Origin: a virus
Strand: one strand, 5' to 3'
Virus record (IMG/VR): IMGVR_UViG_3300036715_003541
Coordinates: 1 to 64,000 of that record
Length of the DNA stretch: 64,000 bases
Below the pieces are notes generated by a model. It ran no database searches. It was not told the DNA's origin and saw only the letters and a list, made by a program, of their open reading frames with translations. This document shows, piece after piece, positions 57,784 to 64,000 of the stretch (position 1 is its first letter; the number at the start of each line of letters is the position of its first letter). A program made the translations under genes and the position numbers.

Positions 57784-58113
57784 TTATTTTAACTTTTCAT
57801 CTAAGAGCTTTATTTTCTCATCCAACATAATCATCTTTTGATTTACTTTATCCGATAATTCTTTTATTGTATTATACATAATTCTTGTATGCTGATGCTG
57901 AAAAATACTTATAATAAAAAAAGTTATTTCGTAAGAAATGAAATTCTTAGATGGTGGCTTTATAAATAAAATAATACCATTATCATCAGACTCAAATAAA
58001 TCTTCAAATAAAACAGAACCACCATGAACTTCATAAGATTTGCATAACTTATTGTAAATATTAAATTCATCATCTGTAATATCTACTTTTTTATTATCAA
58101 TTATTCTAATCAT
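57784..58113 (-). CDS. Hypothetical protein
   Basis: 109-aa ORF with C-terminal coiled coil. Confidence 0.65.
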   Translation of the reverse strand: MIRIIDNKKVDITDDEFNIYNKLCKSYEVHGGSVLFEDLFESDDNGIILFIKPPSKNFISYEITFFIISIFQHQHTRIMYNTIKELSDKVNQKMIMLDEKIKLLDEKLK

Positions 58114-58817
58114 TACGCTCTCCTAAATCCACCACCAGAACCGTTTAATGCATTTTTTGCTTGCTTTCTTTTTTGCTTTTCTCTTGCATGGAAGATTTTT
58201 ACCGCAGCATCATCTGGTAATGTTTTTGTAGATGCCCTCTTCGCCAAAGCATATGCCAACGGATGAATCTCATTTCCATAATCTTCATCCTCATCCTCAT
58301 AGTCTTCGCCATTGTCTTCGCCATTATCTTCACCGCCATATTGGTTATTGAATAATTTATTCAATGATTTGGCATCTGTGAAGCCTTTAGGGATAGCATC
58401 TCCTGTTGGAGCAAGTAAGAGACTTTCTTCTGACTCACCTTTTTTAAATTTATCTGCTATTTCTTTTAGTTTTGATTGCTTTGTCATCACACCTGCATGT
58501 TGCTTATCCATGAATTTATTGAAAGACTCAGAAGGTTGATCGGATGAATCCGATGAATCTCTTTTGGGTTTTGCTTTTTTGGCGTATGACTCAAGTTCTT
58601 CTGTTGTTAAAACATGCAGCTTTAAATTGGATGTTATCCAATCTTTAATTTCAATTTCATACGTTTCGTAGTATTGTGAATGAATTGCGTTTAAACCAGC
58701 TAAACATGTTTTTAATTCAACACTCATGATCTCTCCACCACAAGATGGACAAATATTTGAATCAATTGCATACTTCCATTTTGGGTCAACTATACTTTGA
58801 CAAGATTTACATTGCAT
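58113..58817 (-). CDS. Zn-ribbon hypothetical protein
   Basis: MQCKSC...CPSCG. Start moved past the hairpin at 58823-58850. Confidence 0.65.
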   Translation of the reverse strand: MQCKSCQSIVDPKWKYAIDSNICPSCGGEIMSVELKTCLAGLNAIHSQYYETYEIEIKDWITSNLKLHVLTTEELESYAKKAKPKRDSSDSSDQPSESFNKFMDKQHAGVMTKQSKLKEIADKFKKGESEESLLLAPTGDAIPKGFTDAKSLNKLFNNQYGGEDNGEDNGEDYEDEDEDYGNEIHPLAYALAKRASTKTLPDDAAVKIFHAREKQKRKQAKNALNGSGGGFRRA

Positions 58818-58822
58818 AATAT

Positions 58823-58850
58823 AAAAAACAGGCTTGAGCGCCTGTTTTTT
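58823..58850. terminator. Terminator-like hairpin
   Basis: AAAAAACAGGC-TTGAGC-GCCTGTTTTTT. Confidence 0.7.
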
Positions 58851-58884
58851 ATATATCATCACTTTTATCTTCAGATTATTTTAT

Positions 58885-59436
58885 TTACTCTCTTAATAAT
58901 GGTTCATGGAAAGATGTTCTTCGTGGCATATAATGCTCTGGCACATTATCTATATGCAAAATCGTAGCATCAAAAGAACCACCAATAAAATAATCAACAA
59001 GCACACAGATACCATTATCTGATATTTCTAATAAATCGTACATTGATATACTTCTAGATAAGTAATCATCTACTAATTTTTGTGATGTTCTAACACGAAG
59101 CATACGCATTGAATCATTGTCTTCTTCACAATATTTTTCAATAAATAAGTTACCATACTCATCACCAAGCAATGTTAAAATAGGACCTTGTAGATATTCT
59201 AGATCTTCAATTACATCTGGTAACTTTACATTTGGATAAGGTATTCCTTCTTTTTTTGAAAGTTTAGGTCTACCATTTGGAGGCGTAGGTTTATCACTTG
59301 CTTGTATTTCTTCGCCTGTTTTTAATAAGGATAGAACATCTATATATCTATGGTAAATAAATATAAATAATATTTTAATCCATGAAAGAATCTTCGTCAT
59401 CTTCAACCAATCCTTCATTAATAAGTTCATCCTCAA
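58885..59436 (-). CDS. Hypothetical protein (start uncertain)
   Basis: Protein-like C-terminal region (YLQGPILT...VPEHYMP); the annotated N-terminus overlaps dnaE and is doubtful. Confidence 0.5.
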   Translation of the reverse strand: MRMNLLMKDWLKMTKILSWIKILFIFIYHRYIDVLSLLKTGEEIQASDKPTPPNGRPKLSKKEGIPYPNVKLPDVIEDLEYLQGPILTLLGDEYGNLFIEKYCEEDNDSMRMLRVRTSQKLVDDYLSRSISMYDLLEISDNGICVLVDYFIGGSFDATILHIDNVPEHYMPRRTSFHEPLLRE

Positions 59437-62400
59437 TAGAATCTAAATCACTTGAATTAGATTTGTTTGTTTTTAAGCTGACTTTTTTATGAGCCAATTC
59501 TTCTTTAGATGGAATTGGTGGTATTGGTAATACATCATAAATGCCATTCAAAATAAGCCCCATTGTTTCGTTATACACATTTACAGTGCAGTAACTTTTA
59601 ACAGCCACACCAGACTCTACTTTTATATCTTTCTTAATAAATGCATTAAGTAATTTTTCCCAATCATCTGGGAAAACTGTTAAGTCTATTGTTTCATTAT
59701 TCTTGTCTTCAACCATACATTTAGCCATTGTTCGACCAAAGTATTTAGAATCTTCTTTCTTAATCTTAAATGCAAAGAAATCTCTTAAAATAAAATGAAA
59801 TGGATCAACAGGATACTTATCCCTCATTTTCTTTATATCAGCAATTGTTTTATGCTGAGGCTTAAATAAAACAGAATATCCATCTTTTGTTGGGCAAGAA
59901 AAAGCCTCACCAATAAATTTAGTTTCTAAAGCAAACCTTTCTTGAACAGTCCATTCTTTTTCTTTTGGAAATGGATACTCAAATTGCTTTTCTAATGGAT
60001 CATTTTTCTTTAACCAAACTTGTAGCTTTTTACGATAGTCAGATGTATATAAATACATTGTTTTTCTATTCATCTTAAATCTATCAAAACCACCTGAAGC
60101 AATAATTGCTTGTATAGCATTCGCACGAACAGTACGAGAGTTACAGCGACACATAAAATCAAAATAACTTGTAAAAGGTCTGTTTTCAACAATGTTTTTT
60201 ATAGCATCATCACCAACATTTTTTAAACCCTTAAAACCAGTAATTAACTGATTCTTATTATTTATACTATAATTATCTTCTGATTCATTTACATCTGGTG
60301 GTAAAATATTAACGTTTAACTTACGTAACTCATTCTTATATTTCAACACATTCGCATCTGCATCTGGTGCGGAAGAATGACTTTCTTGAATTAAATTCGC
60401 TAACAAAAATTGAATTGGATAATTTGCTTTGTAATAAGCAGTATAATAACTGATCATAGAATACATAATACTATGAGAAATATTAAAACCATAACCACCA
60501 AATGGTAAAACAACTTCATCCCAAATTTTAACAGAAATATCATCAGGTACATTATTCTTTGTAGAGTCATCAATAAATTCTTGGCGCCACTTTAAAGCTT
60601 TTTCTGGATTCTTACCTTTTTCTTTTGTAAGTTTACGTAAACGATCCGCTTCATGCAAAGACCACCCGGCAATATCTTGCGCCAAATACATTAAAGATTC
60701 TTCATACAAACCAAAACCATAGGTTGCTCCAAAAGCCCGATTAAGTCTGGAGTCAATAAGTTTCAATGGTTTCCTGCCATCTCTTGTTGCAATGAAATCT
60801 GTTCTTATTTCTTTTGCAGAAGGACGAGCTAAAGCATTGATATGGCTAATATCTTCAATTGTTTTTGGTTTTATCTTTTTACAAAGTTCAGTTGTTCCAC
60901 CAGATGTCCCCAATTGGAAAACCCCAAGAGTATTACCATCACATAATAATTGATATGTTTTCTCATCATTAAATGGTATGTCATCAATGATTGGAGCTTT
61001 TTGACCTGACTTTTCAATAAGTTCATTTGTCATTGTTAAAATATCTAATGTAGATAATCCTAGTAAGTCCATTTTAACAAGCCCCATTGCCTCTGCATCA
61101 TCTTTTGTTAGCTCAAGGGCAAGTGAGTTGTCTTTATCGTGGCGAAGCGGTACAAGTCCTTTTAAAGACCGTGCGCCTATTACTAAACCAGCAGCATGGG
61201 TTGACCAAGCTCTAATTTTACCAGAAATATCTTTGTATCTAAGAATCTCTGGATACTTTTTACAATACTCAACAAATAAAGGGCATTTTTGATAAGCGGA
61301 TTCTACATTACGAACTTCTTTATCAGAAATACTATCCGCAATTTCATCACCAATTGTAACAGCTTCATCACGGCTTCCACCTAATTCACAAGCACGAGCA
61401 ACGTCTCTTGCATATACTTTTGCTGTAACTGTATTTAAATTGGAAACGTGAGCAACGTTGTTTGAACCATATTTGTTGATAATATATTCTTCAACTTCAT
61501 GACGACGAGAAGTTGCAAAGTCAACGTCAATATCAGGGAATGATGTTTTTTCTTTATTGTGAAAACGAGCAAAGATAAGTTTATATTGAATTGGATCAGC
61601 TTTATGAATGTTGATAAGATAAGCAACCAAACAACCGCCAACAGATCCACGACCAGGACCAACTGGAATGTTCTTTGACTTAGCCCAATTAATATAATCA
61701 GCAACAATCAACATGTAAGATGAAAAGCCATGAAATTCTAATACATCTAGCTCTTCAACCAATCTATCTTCATAAACCTTTTCTTCTTCCTTTGACATTT
61801 CCCTTGAAAGAAATAAGCGGCTTAAACCTAAGTTACATTTATAGCGAAGATAAGATTTATCTTCTGATAATACCTGCACATCACTTGGTTGATTTGATAG
61901 CCATTGCTTATACTCAAAATAATCTTTTTCATCTGATACTGGAAATATTGGCAGTTCTTTACCACTTGGGTTAGAGTGCTTTGGATTTATCCAATCAGGA
62001 TTCTCACACAAATTAGCAAAGTAAACGCTATTATTTACAAATTCAATCGCATCTTCTTTTGGGTAATTTCTAGCAAAAAAGTTAAAAACCTCTTCACCTG
62101 TTTTGAAATAAAAATCAGGATTTGGGAATTTTTTTCTGTAGTTAGAGAATTTATTTTGATGAGAGCCAATAGCTAAAAAAACATCATGTGTTTCATGATC
62201 TTCTTTATTTATGTAATGTGTATTTACAGTTGCAACAATCCTTACATTGTATTTTTTACCTAAATTGTAAATCTGACGATTCAAAAAGTTTTGATCAAAT
62301 GCATTGTAATCATGAATCTCTGGTCTTTTAATATTTGTTGTTTGAACTTCTAAACCAAGATTATCACCAAATAAAGAAATCAAACGCTCCAATGTTTTTT

Positions 62401-62890
62401 CAACATTTTCTTTGTTGTAAGACATTAGGTCTTTTGATAAGATTCCATTACCCGATCCTGTTAAACAAATTAAACCTTCGCTATATTTTTCTAGTAATGA
62501 CCAGTCACAAACAGGAATGGCTTTTTTGTCTGTAAAGATGCCATTTTCAAATGCTTCTTTATTTAATTTCAATAAGTTAGAATATCCAACTTGATTTTTA
62601 GCCAACAATACAATAGACTTTAAAATATCTTCTTTGTTTTTATTATCATCTGTAAAAGATAATTCAACGCCAATAATAAACTTAATGCCTGTATCTTTGT
62701 ACAAATTGTACCCAGACCAAGCACTCGCTAATGAATTTGTATCAGTAATTCCTACTGACTTTTGATCCAATGTCTTTACTTTTTTAAATATTTCCTTAAC
62801 AGTTGATAAGGATGATAATACAGAAAATTCACTATGATTATGAAGTGATACGAATTCCATGTTGTCTTTCTTTACCCTTTTAAAAGCCAC
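59375..62890 (-). CDS. dnaE: DNA polymerase III alpha subunit (family C)
   Basis: PHP motif HNHSEFS, GPGRGS, FPDIDVDF, HAAG, KMDLLGL, GFNISH and C-terminal OB fold. Confidence 0.96.
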   Translation of the reverse strand: MAFKRVKKDNMEFVSLHNHSEFSVLSSLSTVKEIFKKVKTLDQKSVGITDTNSLASAWSGYNLYKDTGIKFIIGVELSFTDDNKNKEDILKSIVLLAKNQVGYSNLLKLNKEAFENGIFTDKKAIPVCDWSLLEKYSEGLICLTGSGNGILSKDLMSYNKENVEKTLERLISLFGDNLGLEVQTTNIKRPEIHDYNAFDQNFLNRQIYNLGKKYNVRIVATVNTHYINKEDHETHDVFLAIGSHQNKFSNYRKKFPNPDFYFKTGEEVFNFFARNYPKEDAIEFVNNSVYFANLCENPDWINPKHSNPSGKELPIFPVSDEKDYFEYKQWLSNQPSDVQVLSEDKSYLRYKCNLGLSRLFLSREMSKEEEKVYEDRLVEELDVLEFHGFSSYMLIVADYINWAKSKNIPVGPGRGSVGGCLVAYLINIHKADPIQYKLIFARFHNKEKTSFPDIDVDFATSRRHEVEEYIINKYGSNNVAHVSNLNTVTAKVYARDVARACELGGSRDEAVTIGDEIADSISDKEVRNVESAYQKCPLFVEYCKKYPEILRYKDISGKIRAWSTHAAGLVIGARSLKGLVPLRHDKDNSLALELTKDDAEAMGLVKMDLLGLSTLDILTMTNELIEKSGQKAPIIDDIPFNDEKTYQLLCDGNTLGVFQLGTSGGTTELCKKIKPKTIEDISHINALARPSAKEIRTDFIATRDGRKPLKLIDSRLNRAFGATYGFGLYEESLMYLAQDIAGWSLHEADRLRKLTKEKGKNPEKALKWRQEFIDDSTKNNVPDDISVKIWDEVVLPFGGYGFNISHSIMYSMISYYTAYYKANYPIQFLLANLIQESHSSAPDADANVLKYKNELRKLNVNILPPDVNESEDNYSINNKNQLITGFKGLKNVGDDAIKNIVENRPFTSYFDFMCRCNSRTVRANAIQAIIASGGFDRFKMNRKTMYLYTSDYRKKLQVWLKKNDPLEKQFEYPFPKEKEWTVQERFALETKFIGEAFSCPTKDGYSVLFKPQHKTIADIKKMRDKYPVDPFHFILRDFFAFKIKKEDSKYFGRTMAKCMVEDKNNETIDLTVFPDDWEKLLNAFIKKDIKVESGVAVKSYCTVNVYNETMGLILNGIYDVLPIPPIPSKEELAHKKVSLKTNKSNSSDLDSIEDELINEGLVEDDEDSFMD

Positions 62891-62962
62891 TTATATTTCA
62901 AAGCATTACTGACGACGTGCCAGTGCAAGAGCGTTTTTGAACACCAGCTTCCCGTCCAGGGT

Positions 62963-63556
62963 TCAAGCGTCACTATAACCAAGCAATTCGGGGGTCAATT
63001 CAAAATCATTCCCTCTTATTTTTTCAATAACCAAAAACTTATTCTTCCAAGCTTTTTTGTTTTTGGATTTCTGCAATAATATTTTCTTCAATCTATCATA
63101 TTTTGTATATTTATGTCTTAATAAAAAATGAGAAAGTAATGAAATATCATTCCAATAATATTGCACCAATTTGTATGTTTTTTTATATAGCTTTTTTTTA
63201 TAATTTGTTCGGTTTGTTTTTTTGTTTAAATTTGATTTTGCAATAATTTTTGATATTTGAGTTAAATCAAAAGAAGATGGTCTTTTTAAGAAAAAAGGTA
63301 ATTTGGAGTTTCCAGTAGACAAATAATAATGGTAACTTTCAGAAGCTAAACCAGCATAGAAAAATTGTATTATTTTTAAAGCATATTTATCATCATCAGA
63401 TTGATAATCTATATAAAAAGTTTCACCATGAATATACTTTTTGCTATGCATAGAAATAGAATCAATAAACAAACAATGATGTAAACCAATGATAGCATGT
63501 GCTGCTTCATGGAAAGCCAACAAAATTTTTTCATATACCAAGCCTGTATTTCTCAT
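62963..63556 (-). CDS. Stand-alone M41 (FtsH-like) zinc metalloprotease domain
   Basis: AFHEAAHAII, YAGLASE and SFDL; no AAA+ domain. Confidence 0.75.
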   Translation of the reverse strand: MRNTGLVYEKILLAFHEAAHAIIGLHHCLFIDSISMHSKKYIHGETFYIDYQSDDDKYALKIIQFFYAGLASESYHYYLSTGNSKLPFFLKRPSSFDLTQISKIIAKSNLNKKTNRTNYKKKLYKKTYKLVQYYWNDISLLSHFLLRHKYTKYDRLKKILLQKSKNKKAWKNKFLVIEKIRGNDFELTPELLGYSDA

Positions 63557-63576
63557 TTTTATTACTTCCTAACGAT

Positions 63577-63625
63577 TGGAGCGTTCAGTCGAACTCGAAC
63601 CAAAAACAACTAGAATGGAAACCCA
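63577..63625 (-). pseudogene. tRNA-Gly(TCC)-like 3' half (degenerate)
   Basis: Minus strand TTTCCA...GGTTCGAGT...CGCTCCA (anticodon loop, T-loop, Gly-type 3' end with CCA). No pairing 5' half is visible. Confidence 0.4.
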
Positions 63626-63629
63626 CTAA

Positions 63630-64000
63630 TTATCCTAAAAATACCATTTTGTATTTTAAATACGTTTTTATTTTTAAATCTTCTGATTTAATATTTTGCG
63701 CCAATCTTTTATAATTAAAAGTATCATGTAAACTAACTCTATTATTACTAGTGCACCAATTAAACAATATCCATATTTCTTATGTCTCACCAATGTCCCG
63801 CGCTTTATTCCAAGACTCATTGTTGATCCATATTTCTTACGAATACATCCTTTTGATGGTATTAATACATGTAACTACCTTCTGGAAAATACTAATGGTT
63901 CTAAATATGTTAATCTTTTATTCTCTGGTAACTTATCGCCACCTAAAACTAAATTACATAATGTCCAACTATCTACAGCATGTGCCTCAAATATTTTATC
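63630..64000 (-). pseudogene. IsrB/IscB-like (IS200/IS605 RRXRR family) C-terminal fragment, inactivated; continues beyond the window
   Basis: FEAHAVDSW...FSRR*LH...KG.IRKKYGSTMSLGIKRGTLV...KYG, frameshift near 63753, then RVSLH...KRLAQN. TAG at 63875-63877. Confidence 0.75.

Noticed and set aside
41697-62890. Inteins in TerL, RecA or DnaE
   Set aside because: Lengths are normal, and no intein splice-junction motifs or embedded endonuclease were seen.
62906-62965. Selenocysteine or TGA read-through extension (TLDGKLVFKNALALARRQ), or a tmRNA tag
   Set aside because: No redox motif context, no tmRNA ends or typical tag terminus; the short open frame can arise by chance in GC-rich sequence.
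63875-63877. TAG-to-Gln recoding (TAG where Gln is expected; TAG stops are rare here)
   Set aside because: Core genes are complete in the standard code, dnaJ appears to end in TAG, and the same element also has a frameshift. Decay is the simpler explanation.
1-64000. CRISPR array, rRNA, intact tRNA, integrase or reverse transcriptase/DGR
   Set aside because: None recognised by eye. The fibre-gene repeat differs mainly at synonymous sites rather than in an adenine-specific pattern.

Overview
AT-rich, gene-dense segment of a large, probably jumbo, tailed-phage genome. Almost all genes are on the minus strand. In transcription order (right to left): a decayed IsrB-like (IS200/IS605 OMEGA) gene abutting a tRNA-Gly-like 3' half; an M41-like metalloprotease; a replication/recombination block (DnaE-type Pol III alpha, UvsY-like, RecA/UvsX, gp32-like SSB, RuvC-like, DnaJ, Zn-finger protein, DnaG-like primase, sigma region-4 protein); a long head-morphogenesis block (CCA/poly(A)-type nucleotidyltransferase, terminase large subunit, portal, lytic transglycosylase, protease-scaffold fusion, many putative internal head proteins, two decoration-like paralogs, major capsid protein); fibre-like structural genes with an embedded lipoprotein moron; HNH, cold-shock, holin-like and neck-like genes; and a LAGLIDADG pseudogene. 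The major capsid gene is split by an 832-nt group I intron (20180-21011) that carries a degenerate LAGLIDADG ORF. The most novel-looking signal is a set of short motifs shared across many unrelated virion proteins: K-x-A, a helical LxxxAxxLDxxG-like motif and an AHP motif in the head block, and DGY in the appendage block. These suggest a proteome-wide processing/targeting code. All product calls come from reading motifs by eye; no database searches were run.
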